Assembly (NCBI GenBank): GCA_051294375.1
Contig: CM119264.1
Coordinates: 1,409,923 to 1,473,922, forward strand
Source: Paraspadella gotoi
Taxonomy: Eukaryota; Animalia; Chaetognatha
Length of the DNA: 64,000 bases
Direction: 5' to 3'
The notes under the pieces were generated by a model. It saw nothing but the letters and a program-made list of their open reading frames with translations. It was not told the origin of the DNA and made no database searches. The stretch's first letter is position 1, and each line of letters starts with the position of its first letter. This document shows, one piece after another, positions 51,394 to 63,780 of this stretch. Made by a program: the position numbers and the translations under genes.

Positions 51394-51972
51394 AATGTCG
51401 TTCATTAACGATTTTAATTCATCACCGCTGAACGATTCGAATTCATCTCCTTTGAACGAATTCATTCGTTCGTCAGTTCACCGAATATAAATAGCGTCAT
51501 TCGGCTTCGCTCTTGTTTCGTTATTGAAGCGAGCGTCTTTTGTCTCACTTTTGTCCCTCGCCCCCAAAAAATATTTAATGTTTAAAATTTAATTTTCATA
51601 TCATTTTCACTAAAGATAAGATCCGAATTTATAATGATAAACGCGTCGATAGTCCTTATTATTTTTGTTAATAGTCCTTTTTATTTTTTTTTAATTTCTT
51701 AAAGAGGAACAAAAGTGAAAAGAATTATCTTTTTTTTTTATCGAAATAAATATCACTTAGTAGATCAACCAAAGATGATAGAAAAGTCTTATTGATCGAT
51801 TGATTGGATACATTTATTGTTGTATTTCTCTCCCATCCTTGCGAAAAAAAGTTTTAAAAAACCTTATTAGCATATCTGATCAACACTTTCCTTAAAAAAA
51901 GAAATAGTCACTTTTCTGTTGTTAAAATTGTGCCCTTTCTCATTTCCTGATATTAGCTAATTGTCAATGCCA

Positions 51973-52082
<110 letters not shown>

Positions 52083-52525
52083 TTTTCTCTCTGATATCCA
52101 CCACATTGTCTTATTTATTGATCCCCGCTGATCGTTCCACCCGAATAAAAGTCAAAGATCAAACAAACTACTTCTCTATTTTCTTTATAGTATTTTATTG
52201 GATTCTTTATGTGTGTTTATATCGAAAAACGATGATTAGCTACAGAGTTTAGTGCTTGTGAATGTGGAAACTAAAATACTAAAGAGTAGTAAAGACAGTG
52301 GAGATGAAGATTATAAATAACCGAAATAAACCCAGGCTTTTCGTCGTATGTACTACTTTGCTACTCATTCAAATCAGAATAAAGGAAGGATTTTCAAATA
52401 AAGAACGTTTTACTTTTATCTTTACATTAAAGGTAATAAAATTTGTATTAAAGTTTAGGTGACATTTTTGTTTTCCAAGATGCCTAAAAAATATTGTAAC
52501 ACTGATAGGGAAGCCAGGTACTGTG

Positions 52526-52633
52526 AGAGTGAATAAACTAAACTGTGAGAGAGTCTTGATTGAAAGCTTGCAGCTGCTATGTCATTATCTCTTAAGAGTA
52601 ATGGAGACCTTAAACCACCAAAGCCTATCCATT
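52526..52633 (+). mobile_element. Short interspersed repeat, family A
   Basis: Aligns with 35999-36188 and the reverse complement of 13992-14110. Confidence 0.7.
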
Positions 52634-53204
52634 ATATTGATTGTACCAATTTCATTGAAAGAATAAATTGATTGTATTATTATATCATTGTAATAAAAGT
52701 GTCTTGGTTGAAATAGCAAGTTTAAACATCAGTTGAATTTTAGAATGAGATAAAAAAATCGAAAAAAATGGAAATTTTGGGGTGATATTTGAGCTCCTCT
52801 AATATAGATTGTACCAATTTCATAGTATTTACTTTTTTTTAATTTAATTAATTCAATTGAAACGCCGGACTCGTTAAAAAAAACTTTAAAGTTTAAACCC
52901 ATAAAACTAAAATCACCGCAACTTTCTTTGTTCCCACTTCCCTTCTCAAAAATCCATTTCTGTCTCCAGGTCTAACTTCATCGCGCATTCAAGAAGCAAC
53001 ACCGACCCATAAAAAAAAGAAAACGAAAAAATAAAATAGATAAAAAAAAGAAAGAGTGAGAGGGAGATACAGAAAAAGAAAAAAAAGCCATAAAGGAGGC
53101 GATAAAACATCAGCCAAAGTGGCTCCAGATAAATTGGCGGGAGGAGACGAAGGTTCAACTTCGAGGTCAAACTAATTTGCTTCGCGACAGATGACCTTGG
53201 TGGC

Positions 53205-53307
<103 letters not shown>

Positions 53308-54064
53308 TGGCATCCGCTGGCGAGGGAAGTGGCATAATGTTGCAACAGATAGCGCTGGTTGCGTTGGGTGGCGGATGTGTCATCGGCTGTAGAGGAAGGT
53401 GGCAAGGGAGATGGTATTGATGGCATGGTGTTGCAAAAAATGCAAAAAAATAGGTGGCATTGGGTAGCTAAGGAGATGGCATCGAGTTACATTGGATGGC
53501 ATCGAGTTGCAAACGGTTCCATTTGTGACGGGATTCCTCGGAATTCAGTTGCAAAATATATCAAACACTTGCAACATATATATCGCCGCGCGAGGTGGTA
53601 TTTGGTGGTAAGGTAGATGGCATGGCACTGGCATGGCGCTGGCATGGCGGCGGAGAAGCGGAGGGAGAGGTCACATTGAAATTCTTGTGAAATGACTCGA
53701 GTGAAATTGCACGGAACTCAATTGGTGAGAAAGAGAGAGAAACTCGAGTTTACTCAAAATGGCCGCTGAGGTCGACTCGGGGGCCAAAATTGGCCTCTTG
53801 AAGGTGAGAAGAGGTGCAGGCTGAGCCTGAGGCCGTCGATGGGAGAAAAGGGTTAATCAAAAATGAAATAAAAATGTCGCATCTTTAATGCAGTAAAGAT
53901 CTTGAGTCATATTATGAAAGAAAATAAAAGTGATAATACAATTCTTTAGTAATTGCTAAAACAAATTATTAAGCTTCCTCTGTTCAAACGCCGGTCGTGA
54001 AATATTATCTTTTTAGTATTATTTTGAGTATGGCTTGCTTTACAATTATAAACTAAAGTTTTTG

Positions 54065-54097
<33 letters not shown>

Positions 54098-55248
54098 CTC
54101 TCTCTCTTTTTTTTTTTTTCCTATAAAAATAAATGTTTTAATGATTCCATTCGCTTGACTGATTTCATTGAATCGTTTTATCTCATTTTTAGTATCTCGA
54201 CGACCACTTCCACGCCCCGGATGGCAAGAATTTCTAGCGAATTTTATTTAATTATAAAATTGTAGGACTGTGCTTGAATTAACGTTCAACTAACAGAGGG
54301 CCGCGCGAGAGGCTTAATTATAAAGGTACTTAATGCAGAGATTGACTGTAGAGCTCATTAAGAGTAACAGGCCGTTTTGATTAAGGGTGGCGCTCATTAA
54401 GAAAGGCGCCATGTCTTCGTGGCGAAGGTGACGCTAATCAAATTGGTGGCGTCACTTTGAGAGGCGCGTGCGGCGATCCGTCCATTAATCGAGGCGATAT
54501 CTGGCGGAGAATGAAGAAGGAAGAAGGAAGATGAGGAGAAACGAAAAAGAAAAATGGAGGAAAGAAAAGAATATATTTTAAAAAAAATCGAAGGAAGAGA
54601 CAGTTAGTATTAAAGGGTCAATTGTCAGAGCTTACAACTACTTCATGGTTGGTTTTGATTCATTTTGTAACCTTGAACATATATTTTCAGTGTATCGCAT
54701 TTTGAAAATTAATTGTCAATTATTTTTAACATTTTATTCCTGACAAATTTGGTACAAATAATATCGCAGCTTTAATGTATTCATACTCATGTTTCAATTG
54801 ATTACATTGAACGATTCAAACTTATTAATTCATTGATTGATTATTTGTCTTTTTGCTTAATTTGGACCCATTAATCTTTTTCATAGATAATAATATGATT
54901 AATTGTTTCCAACTATATTGTGATTTATAAATTGATTTGTACTTTGCTTTAAGTGTTTAACTAAATCAACCTCAGATTGAACTCATTTCAGTATTTCATT
55001 TCTTGTGACCTATTTAATGAGTTCAAAACATACAATGTTTATGTGACACACTGATTCACGGACAGCAAAACTTTAAAATAAGAAATCTGTAAAATGGAGA
55101 TTTTACAAAAATTGTTACAATAATGAAAAAAAAATTTTAATATTTTTAAAGTTAAATTTACATTCAAAACTTCACTACAGATAAAGACAATGTAGTCTAC
55201 TAAATATAAATTTATGAATAGTGAATAAACCACAACAATATTTTCAAA

Positions 55249-57651
55249 TCAGTTTGCCATCGTGAGTATCACAATTGGGACAACAACTGAAAGAGTGAGA
55301 GAAGGCAGATCTCCGAAATCTGTGTAACCTTCATCCATTCCAGCACCGATCAAGTGGAACCTAAGTCCTGGTCCAGTCTGTGGCAGAAAAGACCTGAAAA
55401 GGCACGGCTCGCACATATCAAAGTGGATCTTGGTCAGGTGTCGGGAATTAAAGGCCGCTTGGTAAGAAGGTGAAGTTACTTGAAAATATATTAATTTATC
55501 TAGGTTTTGATCGTAAAGAGGGTGATCGGAATAATTGGCAGGCCTTTCTATCTTAAAGGCAAATTGAAAGAAAATGTAGAGAAGGACAAAGGCAATTGAC
55601 AGAAATATTGCAAATGTTATTCTGACTTTACGACTTTCTGATACTCTGGCTTTAATCAGAAATATCAGAATGTTCAAACCCGGGAAAAAAGAAAGACAGA
55701 ATAAACGATAAAAATTATCTTTCAAAATTAAGTAGTTCAGCATGTTACTATGCAAATAATTGTACTTAACAAGTTTTACATTTTTTTGGGGTTCATAAGT
55801 AAAGCTTGTAATTTTTTTCCAAATTGTTATTTTAGCTAAATCACTATGTATAAAAACATAGGTCCAGTAAGGTAAAGAAAAAAATAAAATTCCACTAATA
55901 AACATTATGGCAATAACTATGTTATTCTTTTTGTGTTGGAGAAAAAAAAACTGCACTTGCACAAGTAATAAAATAAACAGTGTCAAAGGAAGTAAATCTG
56001 TCATAAGCTTTGCCATTTCATAATTTTTTTGTTCAGAAAATTTTAGCATTTTTAACAAAGGTTTATGCATGTATTTTTCTCTACCTCCAGCTAAATATTT
56101 TCTCAAAACAAATTGAAAATGATAGGAAAATACAATATTTATGATAAAAACTGAAATTACTACAAAAAAACTTGCTGACAAATACACTTTAATTTTTTTA
56201 CAATTGTTAAATATTTGAAAATAATAGGCTGTTGACAGAACGAGATCAGATGTGACCAATGCAAGATAAAATGAATATGAAGGATCAAACAAAAGGTAGT
56301 TCCCAATTATCAATTTGTAAGCCACATCCTTTACATTTAAAACAAATGGGATTCTTAAACTGTAATTTATGGTCAAATTGTAATCCTGGCAAGTTTTTCC
56401 CCATTGAGAAAATTCATTTTGTTTCTGTATCAAGATGCAGCGAAAATTCTTTATCAACATTGGTGTACCATCTGTAGAGGTGTATTGGTAATAATATGGA
56501 TTTCCAACGATTGCCCAAAACACCTGATTCCTCTCATATTTCAGCGTGGCAAGTCCGGAAAAAGAAATCCAATGCCTATAATTGATTGATTCACTGATTT
56601 TATAATGTTTTTCAAACATCATCAAAAATGACAACAGTAAAGATGAAAGAAGAGGTGTAAATATGATATCTGCGCAGAAATAATCTTCAGCTTGTTTTTG
56701 TTGTAACATGGATTTTGTAGGACTTAAAAGATAACTTATAATTTTTTTCAATTCCACAACAGAAAAAACTCTCAGAATAAAAAAAGGCATCAATATTAGA
56801 GAAGGCAAACAATATTTCCCTGCAAAAACAAAGACTATAAATTGAGAAACACTCAATCCAATCATTCTCTGAATCATCCCTAAAAACTGTAACAAGTTTT
56901 CTTGGCTTTTGTTTATGTTAGCCTCGGTTTGGAAAAAACGGTTTTTATTGGCTCTAAAATTGGACGCAAGCTTTGATACACTTATGGTCGACGAAACCCA
57001 GGAAAAGATTAAAAAATAATCTTTGATTGGCCATTTGCAAAAATAGACTTGCCCAATTGTTTTTGCTCGGTATTGATCTCTGCTGCAATGGCAAGTTACA
57101 TTGCCATTTGTCATCATACCGCCATCATTGTCCAAAAAAATTACCAAGCCTTTGAGGGTTTGGACAGCGTAAGGTTGAGGAAAGCATTGCTCTTTCAATC
57201 CACTCGTCAGGGAAAATAGAAATGCTGCAGTTTGCAGCAACATTTGCGGAAAAGATTCTAGAAGAATATGGATCATATTTTGCATAAAGATTATATCTTC
57301 TTTGTCCTTTTTTGCTTCTTCCTTTCTCGAACATTTTTTGTCTAAATACAGATCCACTGACAATGGAATTGTAGCCATGCCCATAGCGTGACCCAAAATT
57401 GTGAGACTCTTTCTGCCAAATGTTTTTGTGAGCCTCTCGTAATTGCAATGGCCTTGAAAAATGGCAAGTAATCCGTACCAGGTGGAAAAGATGCAATGAG
57501 CAACGATGATGCCCAGACTGATGAATCCGATTGGATGAAACATCGGGATTGGCGAAGTCAGAAATTGAATGATCGAATTTAAATCTGTCGCAAAATCAAT
57601 GATGTTTAGGCTATTGGTTACCAGCAACGAGATAAGTATCATAAACGACAT
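55249..57651 (-). CDS. XK-related (Xkr/CED-8-like) multi-pass membrane protein with long C-terminal extension, 800 aa, single coding exon
   Basis: Uninterrupted 2.4-kb ORF; XK-family motifs IIDFATDL (TM1) and HILLESFPQMLLQ, then SWVSSTISVS and QRMIGL in the expected order; many further hydrophobic segments. Confidence 0.85.
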   Translation of the reverse strand: MSFMILISLLVTNSLNIIDFATDLNSIIQFLTSPIPMFHPIGFISLGIIVAHCIFSTWYGLLAIFQGHCNYERLTKTFGRKSLTILGHAMGMATIPLSVDLYLDKKCSRKEEAKKDKEDIIFMQNMIHILLESFPQMLLQTAAFLFSLTSGLKEQCFPQPYAVQTLKGLVIFLDNDGGMMTNGNVTCHCSRDQYRAKTIGQVYFCKWPIKDYFLIFSWVSSTISVSKLASNFRANKNRFFQTEANINKSQENLLQFLGMIQRMIGLSVSQFIVFVFAGKYCLPSLILMPFFILRVFSVVELKKIISYLLSPTKSMLQQKQAEDYFCADIIFTPLLSSLLLSFLMMFEKHYKISESINYRHWISFSGLATLKYERNQVFWAIVGNPYYYQYTSTDGTPMLIKNFRCILIQKQNEFSQWGKTCQDYNLTINYSLRIPFVLNVKDVAYKLIIGNYLLFDPSYSFYLALVTSDLVLSTAYYFQIFNNCKKIKVYLSASFFVVISVFIINIVFSYHFQFVLRKYLAGGREKYMHKPLLKMLKFSEQKNYEMAKLMTDLLPLTLFILLLVQVQFFFLQHKKNNIVIAIMFISGILFFSLPYWTYVFIHSDLAKITIWKKITSFTYEPQKNVKLVKYNYLHSNMLNYLILKDNFYRLFCLSFFPGLNILIFLIKARVSESRKVRITFAIFLSIAFVLLYIFFQFAFKIERPANYSDHPLYDQNLDKLIYFQVTSPSYQAAFNSRHLTKIHFDMCEPCLFRSFLPQTGPGLRFHLIGAGMDEGYTDFGDLPSLTLSVVVPIVILTMAN

Positions 57652-58228
57652 CTTGTGAAAACCTTAGAAATAAATAATTTTATATTATTTATACCATTTT
57701 GAAACCAGTACCCGGTTTTCCCAACGATCTACTACAATACTAACCGTGATGGAAACAAAATAAGAAGCGACAAGTTTCTTTGGTTTCAGTAACTTTAATA
57801 ACTTAATACAAGTTTCTTTGGTTTTATTATCTAATAGAGTTTCTAAATTTGAAAATACATAAATTGAAAAATTTAAATATTCATGTTTTGAATGAGATAT
57901 ATTTAAGCTAATATGATAATGGGGTATATATGTAGGGAATAAAAAGGGCTCAAAGGTTATATTAGTATTAGTATCTTAAAAAATTATATATACTATATAC
58001 ATATTTTACTAAAAAATTGCTTAGTTTATTCAAAAGAGCTAAACATTATAAACTATATCTCCGTCCTACCACAACAAAATAGTGCAAAATAAAAAAGTAG
58101 TAGATCTGCGACTATGTTATTACAGGGAGGTCCAGTTCAAATGGGACTAACTGAAAGTGCGTACAGCACAAAAATGATTTATGATGGAACAAAAAAGCCC
58201 CTATATCAGATCGAAAAACTTTAATTCA

Positions 58229-59165
58229 TTGAATGTTCAGCAAAGAAAAAGAAAAAAACAACTAAAAATTAAACACGTTTGAGGAAACAATGTCGGATCT
58301 GCCCACGATCATTATCGGTAATTAGTTAATTAATTAATAATTAATTAATTAAAGTTAATTATTAATTAATAACTAATTGATTTAAGTTAAATAATTAATT
58401 AATTAGGCAATTAATTAATTGATTTGATCCGAAATGTTTGTTTTGATGGATTAATTGACTGATTAATTATTGATTAATTAATTGACTAATTGATTAATAA
58501 AAAAAATAGTCACGGACGGACATCGTTTTTTTTTGCATAATTCATAATTCGATATTCTGACATGATATATGTAGTTGCCCGACAATATTGAGGGGGCGGA
58601 CCGACGGACCGACAAAGTGAATTATAGAGTCGGTATCTGCTTATAAGCAGAACCAACTAAAAAGTTAGAAATGATGATTCATGTAAATTGAAGGTTCAGC
58701 AAAGAAAAAGAAAAAAATAACTAAAAATTAAACACATTTGTTGAAACAATGTCGGATCTGCCCATGATCATTATCGGTAATTAATTAATTAATTAATAAT
58801 TAATTAATTCAAGTTAATTAATTAATTAATAAATAATTGATTTAAGTTAAATAATTAATTAATTAGGCAATTAATTAATTGATTTGATCCGAAATGTTTG
58901 TTTTGATTGAATAATGACTGATTAATTAATCATTGATTAATTAATTGACTAATTGATTAATAAAAAAAAAGTGATGGACGGACATCGTTTTTTTTTTGCA
59001 TAATTCATAATTTGATTTTCTGACATGATATATGTAGTTGCCCGACAATATTGAGGGGGCAGACCGACGGACCGACAAAGTGAATTATAGAGTCAGGATC
59101 TGCTTATAAGCAGATCCGACTAAAAAGTGAGAAATGATGACTCATTTAAATTGAATGTTCAGCAA
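58229..59165 (-). mobile_element. Head-to-tail dimer (~460-bp units) of a Helentron/DINE-1-like non-autonomous element
   Basis: Units at 58229-58687 and 58688-59150; 22-bp palindrome GGATCTGCTTATAAGCAGATCC (59096-59117); subterminal inverted repeat GTCGGATCTGC (58751-58761 vs 59110-59120); CCGA/CGGA short repeats; (TAAT)n interior; T-rich ends. Confidence 0.75.
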
Positions 59166-59489
59166 AAAAAAATTGAAAAAAATTGAATTCGAAATATACC
59201 CCGTGTCATTTCGCGAGTTCCACCAAATAAATGCCTACCATTTCTTAGTGGATGAATATTTTTTAAAAATTGTTTTCCCATCTTACAGCAAAGTACTGGA
59301 CGTTTATTATGAAATTGGTACATTCATTTAATAAATAAGCTATCTTGGTAACTAGGTCAAGAATTGTTCATATTTTGTCCATGGAATAAAATAAATATTA
59401 CAGTAGATTCCTCAATCGATTTTTAAATTTGGCAGAACATTTTACTCTTTTTACCAAGTTTTTAGAGTATGCTAAACGTTTCTCTGATT

Positions 59490-59825
59490 ACGAAAAATAG
59501 AATTTGAGAAATAAAAAATTAATAGTACCAATAGTTGGTGTTATGTCTCAAATAGATGGAAAAAAAACTTTGTTTAAAAATTTGATCTGGAATAGGGGTA
59601 ACTTAGGCGTACCAATGGCATTGTCCATGCCAATCGTTCTTTCAAATAATTTTTTTTATTTAATACATTTGAAAAGGGAAAAAAGGAAATTCGAAATGCT
59701 GGTGGCATGAAAGTTATAGAAAATCTGGCCATAATGACTTGATAATCATGACCTTTTATGTCTTGTGTAATGGGGGCAGTAAATAAACCCAAAAAATTCA
59801 ATCATTAAGTCAGTCAATCAACCCT
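59490..59825 (-). mobile_element. Diverged homolog of the interior (2426-2780) of the 685-3014 TIR element
   Basis: Shared blocks: TTGACTGACTT, TTTACTGCCCCCATT, ATAAAAGGTCATG.TTATCA.GTCA, TATTAAATAAAAAAAA, ATGCCATTGGTA, GAGACATAACAC.AACTATTG. Confidence 0.8.
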
Positions 59826-59929
59826 TTTTTTTCTCTTCACTTAAAAATTTCTTTTCTTCACTAAAAAATTTCGCAGAACAACCTATAGTAAAAATGATTA
59901 GCAATAAAGTACAAATAATTTTTTTAACT

Positions 59930-60832
59930 ATCATCATTTTTTCAACTTGCATAATTTTTTCAACTTGCATAAGTTTTTTAACTTGCATACTTTTTTCAAC
60001 TATAATCATTTTTTCAACTTGCATCATTTTTTTAACTTGCATCATTTTTTTAACTTGCAACTTTTTTTCAACTCGCATCCTTTTTTCAACTTGCATCCTT
60101 TTTTCAACACGCATCCTTTCTTAAACTTGCATCATTTTTTTAAAATTTGCATCATTTTATAAAATTTGCATCATTTTTTTAACTTGCATCATTTTTTAAA
60201 TTCGCATCATTTTTTCAACTTGCTTAAGTTTTTTTAAATTGCATACTTTTTTCAAATTGCATACTTTTTTCAACTTGCATCATGTTTAAAATTTGCATCA
60301 TTTTTTTACTCATATCATTTTACAAATTTGCCCTCATTTTTTTTAACTCACATCATTTTTCAAATTTGTTTCATTTTTTTTAACTTGCATCATTTTTTTA
60401 TCTAGCTCCATTTTTCTAACTTTCATAATTTTTAAAACTTGCATAATTTTTTCAACTTGCATCATTTTTTCAACTTGCATCATTTTTTCAACTTGCATTA
60501 TTTTTTCAACTTGCATCATTTTTTTAACTTGCATTATTTTTATGTCTTGCATAATTTTTTCAATTTGCATAATTTTTTAAACTTGCATCATTTTTTTAAC
60601 TTGCATCATTTTTTCAACTTGCATCATTTTTTTAACCTACATCATTTTTTTAACTCCCATCATTTTTACGACTCACACCATTTTTTCAATTTGCATCATT
60701 TTTTCAACTCGCATCATTCTTTCAACTTGTATCATTCTTTCATTTTGCATTATTCTTGCAACTTGCATCATTTTTTTCAATATGCATAATTTTTTTAACT
60801 TGCATCATTTTTTTCAAATTGCATCATTTTTC
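59930..60832. repeat. 18-bp minisatellite (TTTTTCAACTTGCATCAT)n, ~50 units
   Basis: Direct tandem units; these account for the repetitive ORFs (MQVEKM, FFNLHH, IIFSTC). Confidence 0.95.
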
Positions 60833-60906
60833 ACTTTAGTTAATTAATTAATTAATTTATTTAGTTATTTATTTAAACATTCATGAGTAAGCATAAATAA
60901 TAAAGA

Positions 60907-61755
60907 TTGCTTATGTTTTTTTTTCCATTTAAACTCATTTCCACTGGTAAATTCCATTGAAACTTAATATCTAGCTTCGTCACACACTTTCCTACAAACA
61001 CTTAAAATTTCATCTCAATCTTTTAATTTAATTATGATTAATTCGAGTAATTATGGGTTAAAAGCTTCAATGTATTTTTAACACCACTTTTTTTTGGACA
61101 TAAGAATTAAGATTCATCCCTGAATCTATCCTAATGAAGATGATGCAATAACCATTTTAAATAAGACTGAGAAAAGGCATGGATTTTTAATAGTAACAGT
61201 TTAACTCAAAAAGTAATAAAAAAACCCGGAAATTAGTATAAATGAAAAGTGTAGTTATAAAAAAGATTAAAAAAAAAGAAGCTTTATTTTTGAACAACTC
61301 ATTTTCTTTTGCATGGAATTCTTGTATTTTTTGTCGTACATAAATGAGACACAGCTCATATGAATCACAAAAGGCCAAAGTTTTTCGATATTTAAATTTT
61401 ATTTTTCGATTCTTACATTAAAATGCCGAAAAATAGATGGAAAATAACCGCAACAGTTTTGTTTTCCATCATGGTATTATTACTCCAATTAATCATAATT
61501 GGATGGATAGATTGAGATGAAATTTTATGTGCGGGTAGGAGAGTGTGTGACGAAGCTGGATATAAAGTTTTGATGGAATCGTGCTAGTGGAAATGAGTTT
61601 AAATTAAAAAAAATATAAGTCAATTTACTTGAAGAATCTTTTTACTAATTTTAACCCATAATTACTCGAATTAATCATAATTAAATTAAAAGATTGAGAT
61701 GAAATTTTAAGTGTTTGTAGGAAAGTGTGTGACGAAGCTAGATATTAAGTTTCAA
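60907..61755. mobile_element. Foldback/MITE-like structure with long inverted arms
   Basis: 60957-61063 is an apparently perfect 107-bp inverted repeat of 61649-61755; a diverged arm at 61478-61620 pairs with 60907-61050. Confidence 0.7.
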
Positions 61756-63062
61756 GGGAAAGTAAAAAAAATGCAAACAGAAACTTGGGGAAGAAAACTA
61801 TAAAATTAAACCAAAGAAAAGTGGGGAAAAAAAAAAGGAGGCAGTTGGGGGGAAAAAAAAGAAAACCGAAGGTAAGGTAAAGAAAAAAGGTGAAAGAAAA
61901 AACGACAAAAAAAATAAACTGGAAAATTGAAAATAAGAAAAAAAGAGAACGAGAACTGGAATAAAGATAGAAGATAAGAAAAAATAAGGAAAGCGACAGA
62001 GGAACCACGAAAACGGAGACATAAAAGAAGAGAATGGCAATAAACCCTAACGGAGAAATAATTTGGCGGGAAAAATTTTTTTCGAAAAATGGGAGTGAAC
62101 CGGGTGATAGAAGAGAAAAAGTTAGGGGGGCGTATGAGGGGAGAGGGAGAAGAGAAAACGAGGTGATAATCGAAATGCCAAATGGGGATAGAATTCATAA
62201 TCGTAAAAAGGCGGTGAAAAAAAAATAAGTGTGGCTGCCTTCGAAGAAAGAGGTTTTCAATAAAGGGAAAAGGGAATCGAAATGAAAAGAGAAGTGATAC
62301 GTTTTAGGAGTTGATGAGAGCTGTGAAACTGTTTGTGACTTTTTATAGGGCAATGACACAGTTTATGCACTTTAAATTATCGAAGATCGTGTATAGACTT
62401 TGATTAATTTTATTTTAAAGTAAGTATGCTCAGAATCAGACGCGACATTCTTTCCTCCAATCTCAAAAAGAAATCTATTTTTAAGTGAGACTTTTTTCGT
62501 AACGAGTGTCTCTGTCTTTTTTGTGTCACCAAACGGATTTCTAATTCACAGGAGATTTTGTTCAATATATGGTCGCCATAAGCGAAATAAAAAAGAGAAA
62601 ACTGGTGACAGAAGGTAAATGAGAGAGAATCACAGAGAAAGAAATGGACCGCAAAAAAACAATGGGGTGAAGAGGTCACGTTTACGATTTTAAGAAAAAG
62701 CATAACAACGCAAAAAACCGGAACGCGAACGCCAAACTCTCTCTAACTCTCCCTCCTCTCCATTCTCTTTCTCTCTTCACCCTTTTTTTCTTTCCATTTT
62801 CCTTATTCCGTTCGCATGAGAAATTCGAGACGAGTTGAGGCAAGTAAAAAAAAACAAGGCAAAACAAAAAACAATCAGGTTTTTGTTGTTGTCCGCCAGA
62901 TGGAAATGAATTTCAAACTTCACAACCCTCACTTTAAAATCGACGGTTATCGCGAGTTCAACTCGTTCGTCGAATTTCACAATTTTTGTGCGAAACTCAA
63001 GGGGAAAAATCCCCTACGAAAAAATTTTTGTCGTCAATATTCCGTCCATAATTATAGATTAC

Positions 63063-63153
<91 letters not shown>

Positions 63154-63264
63154 CAAAATTCAACGGTGAACAAAAGAATAACATTAATATTCGGAATTAG
63201 TTTATCGTTTCGTCAGACGGTTGGTCATGTTTTCAGTAAAGATGTGGCCTTTTTTGTGATCGTA

Positions 63265-63780
63265 TCAGCTGTTTTCCCTCTCTCTCGCTCTCCATCGTTT
63301 CATCATTTTCTGAAAGACCCGAGGCAAATTTTTCGGCCCGACTACTTTTTGGCCAAAAAGCAACAGACATTCCCTCCAACTCAAATAGACGGCGAAGATC
63401 GTAGTCAGTCCTTCCGTTTTCTGCGGAAGAGCGACAAGCCGCGATAACGAACGCCCGCCGTCGGAAACGTGCGTCTCCTCTGCGGGGCGTTGACCACCCT
63501 CAGCATCCGAGTTCCTCTCACCCTCGAGGATCACCCCACCCTCTCGAGACGGAAAGCTGCAATGAAACACCGCACCCACGTCGACGAAACCCTTCAGACT
63601 TGGCCCCACCGCCGGCGCGCCACTGCCGCTCCGCCTACATCCTTTCCTCCACGGCCGTCTGCTGTAGTTCACTCGCGTGAAAAACCCACCCGTTTCCTGA
63701 GTCCGATTCCTGAGTCCTGAGTCCTGAGTCCCGATTCCTGAGTCCCGATTCGGGAACGACGGAGCGCGACAACCAAATGT
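63265..63780. other. GC-rich unique island, possible exon of an unidentified gene
   Basis: GC-rich and non-repetitive like the real exons; open frames on both strands (135 aa on minus) but no recognisable motif; a short TCCTGAG repeat follows. Confidence 0.25.

Noticed and set aside
59930-60832. CRISPR-like appearance of regular repeats (also 20990-21266 and 31890-32290)
   Set aside because: Units are contiguous with no unique spacers, there are no cas genes, and the context is eukaryotic.
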